DNA of 58,710 nt, counting the filler, from Diploschistes diacapsis (Eukaryota): assembly GCA_023645945.1 (NCBI GenBank). It is 6 parts of 6 records of this genome, joined end to end, with 100 filler letters (N's around TTAATTAATTAA, not from the genome) between each part and the next. Parts side by side here need not be neighbours in the genome. Positions count along the whole stretch, not along the records: positions 39,249 to 48,933 come from JALAIB010001004.1; positions 49,034 to 58,710 come from JALAIB010001005.1; 4 more parts are not named here. One strand, written 5' to 3'. Under the pieces are notes generated by a model, which was given only the letters and a program-made list of their open reading frames with translations, was not told where the DNA came from and did no database searches. Position numbers and translations under genes: made by a program. Shown one piece after another: positions 48,701-58,710 of the stretch (position 1 is the stretch's first letter; each line of letters opens with the position of its first letter).

Positions 48701-48933
48701 GCGCCGGTCCGGTAGCAGTGCCAAGATGCGAGCAGATCGAAAGAAACTGCCCGCGCCGCACTCTGAGCCGCCACGTCGTCCCGGGAGATGGGGGGGGTGG
48801 GGGTCAGATCATCCGGCGCAGATGTGCCCAGTAGCTGGGTACTCGGGGGGACCTTGTCTGATGACAGAGACTGCGGATTCTGGGGCGCAGTTCTTTGCGT
48901 GCTGCTGGTTCCTGCGGGAAATGCGGGTTGGGG

Positions 48934-49033
48934 NNNNNNNNNNNNNNNNNNNNNNNNNNNNNNNNNNNNNNNNNNNNTTAATTAATTAANNNNNNNNNNN
49001 NNNNNNNNNNNNNNNNNNNNNNNNNNNNNNNNN
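48934..49033. other. Artificial contig spacer
   Basis: 100-nt N block with TTAATTAATTAA. Confidence 0.98.
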
Positions 49034-49800
49034 AGCAGCGAACGCACGAAAGATACTCGATTTCTTAAAATAATCGTTTATATTAAGAAACTCGGCGTAA
49101 TAATTAATGAACGAGATTATCCGTTTTATTATTACGTCGCTTACGTCTTTACGGATCGCGATAATTATATTATAGGTCACGCGATCCCGCGTTATCTTTT
49201 TTTTCTTTATATCGATATTACGCGTAATAGATCTCGATTCGGTATCGCCGTTACGTTAATAATAATAACGATATTACGTAATATTTTTAAACGTTTTATT
49301 AAACGTTCAGAAGTTATTTACGTATAACCAAAACGCGTTAAAATCCGTTACGGTCACTCGTAAGGTATCCGCGACGGTAAAAAAACGCGTTCTTCACGTC
49401 GGAAGGTCCGTAGGGAAGTTATAAAACTTCCCCGTAATAGATAGCGGCGGTAAAGAGAGGCGAAGACGAACGGGCGCGACGGACGCGGCAAACGCGACGA
49501 GGACAGGTAAGATAAGGGCGGTGGGAGGAACGGAAAAAGAAATAGAAGAAAAAGCAATATTTTCACGGCTTAGAACAGCGGCGAGGATATCGTAAAATAT
49601 ACGATCTTTAAAACCTAGTTCGTCGTCGTTATCGATATCGGCGATCACGTTAAACGTAATCGTATCGGCGGTAAGAAGCGTAGGGCGAGTAGATAAAAGA
49701 ATATCCATTATATTTAAAAAATAATTAAAAAGATAAGATTAAAAATAATAAAAAAAATATATAAATCGCGTAAAAAGTAAATAAATATGATTAAAAAAAG
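49034..49800 (-). mobile_element. RIP-degenerated transposon fragment, possibly Mutator-like transposase N-terminus
   Basis: Strong CpA/TpG depletion with TA/CG excess; broken reading frame from ATG 49708 with DFNAFWLYVNNF and LNINDYFKKSSIFRAFAA segments. Confidence 0.6.
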
Positions 49801-51241
49801 GAATGACTTTATAGATACTTATAGCTATAAACAAATTTAGATGATTGAGAAAGTATCTATAAAACCATGGTATTCATCTTATAATTTATGTGTACAGTAG
49901 GCAGAATAGTATTTGCCGATATGTGTTAGCGACATGCTTGGTATTACTGGTTCAGCAAAGCAATGTAAGAGTTACTATTCACATCCCGTCATCACATAGG
50001 TAGACATGGTAGGTCAAGCTTTAATCTATGGCTATCGAGATGCAACCTTTGCAAGAGCTTGGCCGCCATCCAAAGTGAGCAATGTATTACCTATTACCCT
50101 TATCAAGACTGGGCGACAATGAAAGTTATTGATTTCTCATCGAGAATAAGAGAATAAATACCGAATACTGAAGACTGAACTATAATGATCAACCCGTTTA
50201 AAGGCACTTTATATAAACATTCGAGGGGCAAGATTTGCTGCTGATGGCAACAAATACTCACCCAGCAAGAGGCCCATTGACGAACTTCCTTGAGCCCTAG
50301 CATCTTTGTAGTGGAAGAGGAAGACTCACAATACTCGAGGTACATACGATCTGTTGTAGATCGCAGAGGCTTTCGTGAGGGAAGCCTGGAATTTATAATA
50401 ATTGGCACAGCTAATACCTCTTCCACCCATTTTTCCCCACACAGGAGGTCAAGGAATGTTTGAATCAACTATAAAACAAAATTGCAAGGCCTTTGGAGAC
50501 CTTGCAGGAACTTAAATTCATTTGATAATTAATATAAAGCGTCCTTTGAGCCCTTGAGTGAGCACAAATATAGTAAAAGAGCCATGTGCGGTGCAAATTC
50601 TTATTAATATCGACTGCTCCGTTAGATACTAGTTGGATACTAGTACGACATCGGATGCTATATCAGTCAAGCGACTTTGCCAACTAGCCGGAATTCTCAT
50701 AAAGGAATTGTCAATCTAGTGGAATCATTGCGAAGCGTCTGAGAAATGACATTGCTGCTGGTGTGCTGGGGTGTGTACCTGCGTCTGATGTGATGCACTG
50801 GGGTGTATGATCGACTTACTTACGATCTGAGATGTTTGCTGTTAGCACAGGATCATAACGTCATGAGGAGTAGAAAAACTGCTTAAAGAAAACCGTTCGT
50901 CTCAAAGCACTGGCGGTAATCAACAACAGGGTTTGGAAGAGAGGTTGAAGAACATGGGTACATAGGTACGCTGCCCGTTCATGAGCCGTTTCATGATTAC
51001 AAGCAAGCTTCGCTTGGCAAATAGAAGGTTCTTAAAATGCCTTCGGGCGTAAGGAGGGACCTCCTACGGTTTGTAACTGGCTGCAGCCTCAAGCTCTATC
51101 GGAATGTTGGGTATCGGTGGCACCTATGGTCTCGTCGAGCTGCCTTCATGAAATATCGCATAAGTAGACTTTGAAAGTCAAATTCGTATGGTCGCCCACT
51201 GCCTTCATGAGATGGAGTCCGTACTCCCTAAATCCTTTCCC

Positions 51242-52544
51242 TCATAGCTCCATTCCCATGAGATAGCTTGATAGAGTCAGCTACTGAACCATCTTAAGAT
51301 TTGTTAGCGCGTACCCTTCAAGTATTCTCATGAATTTTGCAACAAAAGCTTCGAGATGAAAAATATGTTTCTGAGGCTGTCAGTTCTCGTCTTGCAACCC
51401 ACAGGAAATCATACGCTTCCCAGCCGGATGCGGTGCTCGTAAAAGGCAGACCATTTTATCACATCGGCTTTTAGAGCATCATCAATCAGTGCTACCAATT
51501 TGAAGGTCAAAGTCTAAGCATATTCAGTGCGATGAGGAGATACCCTAGTATATGGACATACCTTTAGAATAGCTGTCGCGGGAATGCAATGACTCAGCAA
51601 ATCGTAGAGCTGTGCCCTAACCTGCAGAATTCTAGCCGGCGAATGCTCAGCCAGGATTTCTTCCGCAACCTGTTGAACGAGAGCTTCCCAGTCCGGGGGT
51701 GGAACCGCTGTTGTGTCATCCACTCTTTCACTGTGCAGACTTTCAGCAGTCTTTCAGAGCTTAGGCGAGGCCTGCATACTTTTGCGCATACACTGCTTCA
51801 AACATCAGGAGTGCCCGTCGTAGATTCCTACCGCTGTCCTTTGCGATTGTCTTGTTGAGACCTGCGGACCCGGTCCAGCCTTCTTTCTTGCCAACCATCT
51901 CGAGCACTTGGCAGATTTCTAATTCGGTTGGCGCCGCCACCCTGATGAGCAATGTTCTCGATCGAATTGGCGCGATTATGTTCGCGGTGCTATTAGCAAG
52001 GAGGATTAGCCTCAAGTTGGGGCTGTATTTCTCCATGGTTCTTCTGAGCGCTGCTTGAGCGTCACGCGATAGATGATCTGCTTCGTTGATGATCACAACC
52101 TTGAATCGCTGCCTCGCATTCTGGTCCACCTGCTGAGTTTGAGCAACCTCCTTCAAAAGATCCTGCACAACGACTCGGTCATAATTCCCAACATCAGAGG
52201 GCGTAATCTCGAGATGGTATATCGAAGCCACAACGTTAAATTCTAGTTTACGATTCGACGTGGTCTGGAAGACTCGCGCATCAATCTTGATCTTCTCCAC
52301 ACCCGGTCCATAAAGCTCTTTGAGGGTAGCAACTATTCGGGTCTTTTTCCCAGCTCCAGAGGGGCCATAGACCAGAAGATGGGGGAAGTCACCACTGTGC
52401 GCCTACAAATGTGAATGTGCTAGTTTGTTAGATTTTCCACGGATATCTAGGACTTACAAGTGCACGAAGTCTATCAGACAGATCGTGATGATAAGACAAG
52501 GCAGCAAGCGTCTTGGGACGATGCTTATCCACCAGCAATGCCAT
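51242..52544 (-). CDS. RFC5: Replication factor C subunit 5, 6 exons
   Basis: MALLVDKHRP, PHLLVYGPSGAGKKTR, HLEITPSDVGNYDRVVVQDLLKEVAQ, INEADHLSRDAQAALRRTMEKYS, PIRSR, HIFHLEAFVAKFM. Confidence 0.95.
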
Positions 52545-52773
52545 TTGGGGTTGATCGAGCAATTGGTTTGAGTAGCTGCCTCCTGAAGGGGATCAATATG
52601 GTTCCCCCAGAATTGCGAAGTTACGCGACATGTCATAGCGGAATTTAGCGGGTGAGACTGTCATGGCACGTGATCAGATTCTTCGCTCGCCCGTTCTTTC
52701 TTATGTTGTTGATTGTTTTGGGAACGATTCATAGCCGCTACTATACTTATGTCAGTCAGCAAAAGATCTGGGT
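52545..52773. promoter_or_regulatory. Bidirectional promoter RFC5/COX11
   Basis: About 230 bp between divergent starts; MCB/SCB-like ACGCGA at 52623 and E-box CACGTG at 52667. Confidence 0.45.
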
Positions 52774-53698
52774 ATGATAGGCTCTGTTCTTTTAGAGAAG
52801 TCCGGCTTCACTTCCTCGAGATGCTTTCTTTTGAACTTGAAGAGGGGCGTGCCACAGGCTCAGCGCTGTTACCAACAAAGCCATCGGCTGCCTCGGTCGA
52901 GTTCTAAATCACATCTTCGTGACTTACCGAGCACAAAGCACATCCGGGCATCGTTCGATTCTCGAAATCGATCGACATTGTATGTGCTTCAGCTAGAGCT
53001 TTTAGGGCGAATTTAATTTTCGGAAGCTTTTACACATTAAGTATCGTTATCGCGACGGTGGCAACAGCATATGGCTCTGTCCCTTTTTATAAAATGGTAT
53101 GTTTGTTGCCTCAGGAGCTGCTCATCGTACTAAACTATCTTCAGATCTGTCAACAAACCGGCTGGGGAGGGCAGCCTATCAAGTCGCCCATCCACGGCTC
53201 CTCAAGCAGTGATCCCTCAACGCGGCTCTCTCCAGTACAATCATGCCGCAGGTTACGCATTACTTTCAACGGCTCAGTATCTGATGTACTTCCATGGAGA
53301 TTCGTTCCGCAGCAGCGCGAGGTTCGGGTTCTCCCAGGCGAAACTGCGCTCGCTTTCTACACAGCAACGAACAAAAGCAGCGAAGACATTATCGGCGTAG
53401 CGACTTATAGCGTCTCCCCCGGTCAAGTCGCACCGTACTTTAGCAAAATTCAATGCTTCTGTTTTGAAGAGCAACGACTGAACGCGGGAGAGACGGTAGA
53501 CATGCCAGTATTCTTTTTCATTGATCCGGAGTTCGCGAACGACCCAACAATGAGGAAAATTGATACCATTACGCTATCCTATACGTTTTTCAGTGGGTCA
53601 AGGAATCGTGCTAAGAGCTCATCCGCTAACTTGCATACGCAGAGGCGAAATATGACAAGAATGGGAACTTGACTCCCATGCCACTATCCATGGGTTAA
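52774..53698 (+). CDS. COX11: Cytochrome c oxidase assembly protein Cox11, 4 exons
   Basis: AYGSVPFYKM|ICQQTGWGG, PWRFVPQQREVRVLPGETALAFY, copper-binding KIQCFCFEEQ, VDMPVFFFIDP; Arg/Ser-rich presequence. Confidence 0.95.
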
Positions 53699-53868
53699 TG
53701 CAAGTCTCTAACGGCCGTGTCACTAGTTCTGACAATTGGGAATCAACTTTAGCATGAAGCAGCAATTTACTAAACCGAAATCTTGGCGACTGGCGGATGC
53801 TTGCACCGTGGCACGTCCCGTGGGTAACAGGAGATAAGACAGTTGTACTTGACTTGATTAATGATTAT

Positions 53869-55556
53869 CTACTTTTGATGTAGTATGTGTGATAAAAGAT
53901 TCCCAAGTAAACCGTGGAAAGTACCCGGACTCTCTTCAGCACATACTAGCAATACCGTTGCACTCAGGGAGAACAATAGCTGCTCCTTCCAAAGATGCTG
54001 AGAAATTAGCACAGTTTCCAGAAGGGATCACTTATGGATATACCTTTGCGCGATTGAATTCTCTTGGGAGGAAGACCGCAATTGCACGAGGCGCGACGAA
54101 GAACGCCAGTTCTGATCTTCTGTGCGGGTGCTCGAGCAGAATGCTCCATCCACAGGTTATACAGCCTGCCGCAATGCAGAGACCGGAGTCTACCATTTGC
54201 GGTGTAATGAGCGATCGCCTAATCATCATAGGTCCCAGTGTGTTGCGAAACAGACAGATCGCATAATAGAACGTACTAATGAAAGAACCCAGGAACGCAG
54301 AAGAACGAATAGCGTCCTGCATTGCTTTCCATAATCTTCCTATGGATGGCCGCCGCATCTTAATAAGGAGCTGGAGTGGAAGGTACATCACAAGTGACGC
54401 CCGCGCAGCTTCAAAGAACCTCGACAAAGCATGCCAGCTACAAGAAGGTCCTCTACCGGCATGGACTACTTCACAGGGAATCGGAATACTGGCGGGTACT
54501 GCTGGGTCGCCCCAAGACAGCGGCAAGCCATGCTCCTTGCAAATACCTAGAACTCTTAGAAATGTGAAGTGGCATCTGAATGTGAGAATTCATTTACCTT
54601 GAAGAATGACAGCTTGCCCATTGTCTTTGCCATAGTTAAACTTCCCCGACCTCAAATTACGCAGGGCAAGAAGTAACCTGGGATCCACTCGAGCGGCTTC
54701 CCTGATCCAGTTCTGATATGCACGAGGCAGTCTTTCTGGCAAATAGATCCATGCCCACCTAAATCCTATCTTAACTGCTTGTACATTGCGTGACTCTGGT
54801 GTAGGACATACATTACTGTTCCCGCGCTGATTGCGAAGATACCGGAATCAGCGTATCGTCTCAACAGGGACTCCAATGTGCTCATAGCGTGACTTCTTCG
54901 TCGCCCTCGTACGCGCTTTGAGACCCCCACCTGCCTTACTAGAGTTTCCAAGGCTCGCACCGTTAAAAGTAACGTCATATCGATCGTCTCTCCCGCAAGA
55001 AGCGTTTGATCTTTCAGTGTTTGGGGATGCTTCGAGTCCGTGGGCGATAACACATCTTTCTGGTTCTTTATTGCTGTTTCAAAAACCGGTTGGTGCGCAT
55101 GATCTTTGGCCAGTGTTGCATGGAAACTCATTTCACAGTTTTTCTCAACCAAGTTGGTGTCCTTATAGTTCAAAACGAGGAAGCTTAAGCTACTTGAGAA
55201 CAATCCTGCGAAGATCCGTGCAAGCCTCAACAGAGAACTGGTTTCGATTGTCGAGCCATTTCCATTGCTCACGCGTGACCCGGTGACCAGAAGGGAATAA
55301 AAGAGGTTCTGCGAGACACTATATAGCCCTATAAGAAGGGTGGAGAAGGCCGGAAGTTGGTTGCATGCGAGGGCATCCACGAAGACCTTTTGCAACTGCA
55401 CATAGACTCAACAGTGGAGAGACTTGATATAGTCGAGATACTCACTTTATGTAGACCATCGCAAAAGGTCAACCTCCTCTGTAAAAGAAGTAAAGCTGGG
55501 CTCAATACTCGCGGCCCCGTAGCCAATATGTAAGCAAGCACGTAAACCTTAACAAG
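53869..55556 (-). CDS. TMEM135-like integral membrane protein (multi-exon; 5' end unresolved)
   Basis: LAGETIDMTLLLTVRALE, FAISAGTVM|WAWIYLPERLPRAYQNWI, GDPAVPASIPIPCEVVH, RSSAFLGSF, LLEHPHRRSELAFFVAPRA. Confidence 0.8.
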
Positions 55557-56148
55557 TCTATTATCATAAAAACATCAGCTTCGATTCTCTGTCTTAAAAC
55601 TGTTTAGGATTCAAGAAACTGAGAAGCATGTTGTTATCTTTGAAGAAAAGATGGGGTGCACACCGTCGGATTAGTGCGGGATTGCTGAAATAGTAGTTGA
55701 TGAACTTCCAGGTCTCGAGACCCATGAAGCAAGCAGGAGCATTCAAGGTACTAAGGGAACGACATGCAAGTTGTTCAAATCATTAGATACTAGGTATACA
55801 ATCATATAAGGAGATTCGGCGGAAGCGTTCTGGAAAAAGTAATCCACCCACCATCTTCTGGCGGGAGAGGCCAAAAACAGTTGAGACAAATGCTGTAACG
55901 GCCGCGGCACCAGTCCGATACCGAGTCATTACCTTTCACATGTCAGCCCACTCGCTTCTACACCCTATTTACTTTCTTGAGCTCTCTTCACGAGCTCTCT
56001 TTTGTAATCGTCTACACAGCTGAGACACTCTAACTTTGTCTCTAACAATCCTATCTTGCTCAGGTCGTGAGACGTCGGAGCGAACAACAGAGGCTCGCTA
56101 TCAATCAATGGTTGACATAATTTGACACGCTATGCTTATCCGTTGAAG

Positions 56149-57372
56149 ATGCATCAAGGAAACGAGGTACTTTTTGGTTGTAGGTATTTAGCCATGCAAT
56201 GCCTATGTTCGAGTTATCTACTGACAAGGGCCAAAGATCACGTCGGTGATAATGACTATGGCCCCACGCCTCCTCCAGAAATCCTTACGACTGGTGCGCC
56301 AATCCTGACAAGCGACGAATACGACAACAACAGGCTGTTCCTGGACTTCTTTACAACAAATGACTCTGAAAGCTCAGTACTACTCGATACTTTTGAGGGT
56401 ACTTCTCAGGATGTGCTCCCAAATTTCCAAGGAATTTCGTCTGCATTTGGACATCCCGACTTGATACAATATGAGTATCCTGTACCGTCCTCGGCGCCCT
56501 TTGGCCAAGTCCTTAACGAAGTTCCATATGTTGAAAACACAGCTTTCTATCCTTTGAAGAACACCGCTGAGATGATGAACACAGGCGATCAAAGAGAAGC
56601 GACATATCAGCCAATACCCGATAAAGGTTACAAATATGATGGAGACCTGTACGACCCTAGTACTAGGGCTCGATGTCCCACAGCGCATACAGTCAATCAA
56701 GATGGACCACTGTACAGCCAGCGTACTGAACTAGGTTTTGGGTCGGACTCTTGTTTTGCGAATCAGCCTTATACCCCACCCCCTGGTACCGAAGATATCA
56801 AGGCCGTGGAAGGAAGAATACTAGAAAGCTTGAGCAGTCTCGAACCATCGCATATCGCGGCTGATACACAGCCTTCCGGCCTTTTATTGCCAAAGAAAAA
56901 GCAAGGTTTGGTGGGTTCAGGCCCTACCCGATCTGGCAATAGCCTAGGTCCTTGCAAAAGAAGTCAGGAATCAGAAAGGGAAGGCTTTGCGGCGAATACC
57001 CCGACTGTGGACGGCTTTGAGGGCACCGAGCCGCGCAAGAAAATGAAGGTAAGGAAAGAAAGACAATGCTTACCAGCAATGAGCCACCCTCAACGGCGAA
57101 AGTGTCGAACAGCGGAGCCTAAAAGACAGAATCTGACGGACAGAGAAAAGAAAGAGAACCATATCAAGTCTGAACAAAAGAGAAGAAACCAGATAAAAGA
57201 AGGATTTGCAAATTTACTGGCCATGATGCCTGATGGGACTGCTGAGGGTAATAGCAATAGCAATAGCAAGTGCATTGTATTGTCTAAAGCTGTGGATTGG
57301 CTCATAGAATTGCGGGATGGCAACAAAAAGTTGACGGCTCAGCTGCGATTTCTAGAAGGTACAAGCAGGTGA
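56149..57372 (+). CDS. bHLH transcription factor (Ino4/Mlx-like C-terminal domain); probable short intron about 56180-56236
   Basis: NLTDREKKENHIKSEQKRRNQIKEGFANLLAMMP...SKCIVLSKAVDWLIELRDGNKKL; internal LGFGSD motif. Confidence 0.85.
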   Translation: MHQGNEVLFGCRYLAMQCLCSSYLLTRAKDHVGDNDYGPTPPPEILTTGAPILTSDEYDNNRLFLDFFTTNDSESSVLLDTFEGTSQDVLPNFQGISSAFGHPDLIQYEYPVPSSAPFGQVLNEVPYVENTAFYPLKNTAEMMNTGDQREATYQPIPDKGYKYDGDLYDPSTRARCPTAHTVNQDGPLYSQRTELGFGSDSCFANQPYTPPPGTEDIKAVEGRILESLSSLEPSHIAADTQPSGLLLPKKKQGLVGSGPTRSGNSLGPCKRSQESEREGFAANTPTVDGFEGTEPRKKMKVRKERQCLPAMSHPQRRKCRTAEPKRQNLTDREKKENHIKSEQKRRNQIKEGFANLLAMMPDGTAEGNSNSNSKCIVLSKAVDWLIELRDGNKKLTAQLRFLEGTSR

Positions 57373-57607
57373 GGGACTTTTAGATGAAGCTAATGAATTG
57401 TTAGCAAGTGATACCCTTTAGAGTAACATGGACGTTGCCTCCTATGATAGAATCTAGACCAGGAGAAAACGAAGGCGGCTTTTGTACATACCATTAATTA
57501 TATATGACATAGGAACATACCACCAAATTATAATTTCTGATCCAAATTTCGACTTTTGAACAATAATTAAAAATCGTAGAAGAATTGAATAAATTAAAAA
57601 AGATATA

Positions 57608-58158
57608 ACGTATATGCATAGCGAGCGGACATTCATAGCGAGCGGACACCCCCCATCTGATTTTACGAACTTTATACTTTTGTCTCAATTTTCTACGCGT
57701 ACGATTCTGTAATCATCTTTAATTAAAAATAGAATCATAATAACACTTTAAATTATTAAATAAGACTTAAATGATATCATAAAACGCGCATTTTAGATAT
57801 ATAAGGTTTTTCGTATAACGTTTATTGCTCGACGCGATGGTCGTACTTTAAAATACGATATCTTAATTAATTTAATAAATTTAATCGTATTAAAAAAGAA
57901 AACGATTTTTAAACGTATAATTAATTTAATCGAATATCATTATCCGCCGCGATAGGACCATATACGCGATATAACTAATTTAATGCGCGTAGCTCGAAAT
58001 ACGCGGCCAGTCGGACCAGAATAAGCATAAAATTTCGTACGAAGATAAAAAATGTTTAAAATACGATTTCAACGTATAATCGATTATTAAAAAGTATTAA
58101 CTAAAGATCCACGAGTCGTACGAAACTACTTCGACCTCATACGTAACGTGATTAATAA
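57608..58158 (+). mobile_element. Fot1/pogo-family DNA transposon 5' end, RIP-mutated
   Basis: TA|ACGT... TIR with doubled CATAGCGAGCGGACA (57617-57631, 57634-57648). Degenerate CENP-B HTH-like frame PPR*DHIRDITNLMRVARNTRPVGPE*A*NFVRR...DY*KVLTKDPRVVRNYFDLIRNV, with Q/W codons converted to stops. Confidence 0.85.
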
Positions 58159-58710
58159 TAGGCTGGCCGTCACTGACACTGACACGGATACTGATAGTGT
58201 CAGTATCCGTATTTTAGATTTTTTAGCTACGGTGTTCGTGTCCGTAGATTCACGGAAGCGTAATATCCGTATTAATATTAATATTTTAAAAATTTTAATT
58301 ATAATATCCGTGTCCGTGTTTTTATTATAATATAATGTCCGTATTAGTGTCCGTAGCGAAAAATTTTTTATTACGATATCCGTGTCCGTGCATTCATCGA
58401 AATACTTTAAAATAATTTTTTAATTTTAATAATTCTAAATAGGCTGGCCGTTTCGTGCCACGGTTACTGACACGGATACTAGAGTAAAAGTTTTTAAAAC
58501 ACGGACACTAACACGGACATTATAACTAAAATTTTGAAATACGGATACTGACACGGATACTACACTACAATAAAAGCACGGACACGAACATTATAATTAA
58601 AAATTTTAAAATATTAATATTAATACGGACATTACATTTCCGTGAAATTATCGAGATATTACGATGAATCTACCGAAATACCGCAATAAAAAATTTTAAA
58701 AAAAATAAAA
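58159..58710. mobile_element. Second repeat-rich DNA element inserted in the Fot1 relic (hAT/MITE-like ends)
   Basis: TAGGCTGGCCGT at 58159 and 58440; many ACACGGA(T/C)A / T(A/G)TCCGTGT motifs in both orientations; about 105-bp inverted repeat 58249-58354 versus 58541-58646. Confidence 0.6.

Noticed and set aside
50103..50468. 121-aa minus-strand ORF
   Set aside because: No ATG start or splice support, and no recognisable family.
58159..58710. CRISPR-like or telomeric array
   Set aside because: Eukaryotic context, irregular spacing, both orientations, no cas genes and no TTAGGG units.

Overview
Eukaryotic DNA from a filamentous ascomycete (Pezizomycotina-type intron signals, PTH11-like receptors, RIP-like mutated transposons); the species cannot be determined from the sequence alone. 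The window is NOT one locus. It consists of six contigs (9733, 9726, 9703, 9686, 9685 and 9677 bp, in descending length order) joined by identical 100-nt N..TTAATTAATTAA..N spacers, so neighbourhood arguments hold only within a contig. Contig 1: F-box-like protein, palH/RIM21, and a divergent methylcitrate-cycle pair (methylisocitrate lyase with a GC-AG intron; methylcitrate synthase). Contig 2: Tc1/mariner end, tRNA-like remnant, C2H2 transcription factor, MITE-like element, secreted DPBB/loosenin-like protein, translin. Contig 3: DBP9, an uncharacterised nuclease-like family protein, and an FAD/NADPH reductase with a CCGGGCC motif. Contig 4 (accessory-looking): class II aldolase pseudogene, two PTH11-like receptors (one disrupted), a small secreted protein, and an intronless secreted protein with a putative alpha/alpha-barrel plus beta-sandwich architecture, which is the best novelty/HGT candidate. 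Contig 5: GT25 glycosyltransferase and Osh1/2-type oxysterol-binding protein. Contig 6: degenerate transposon, RFC5-COX11 head-to-head, TMEM135-like protein, bHLH factor, and a Fot1/pogo element interrupted by a second repeat-rich element. All family assignments are from motif recognition, not database searches.
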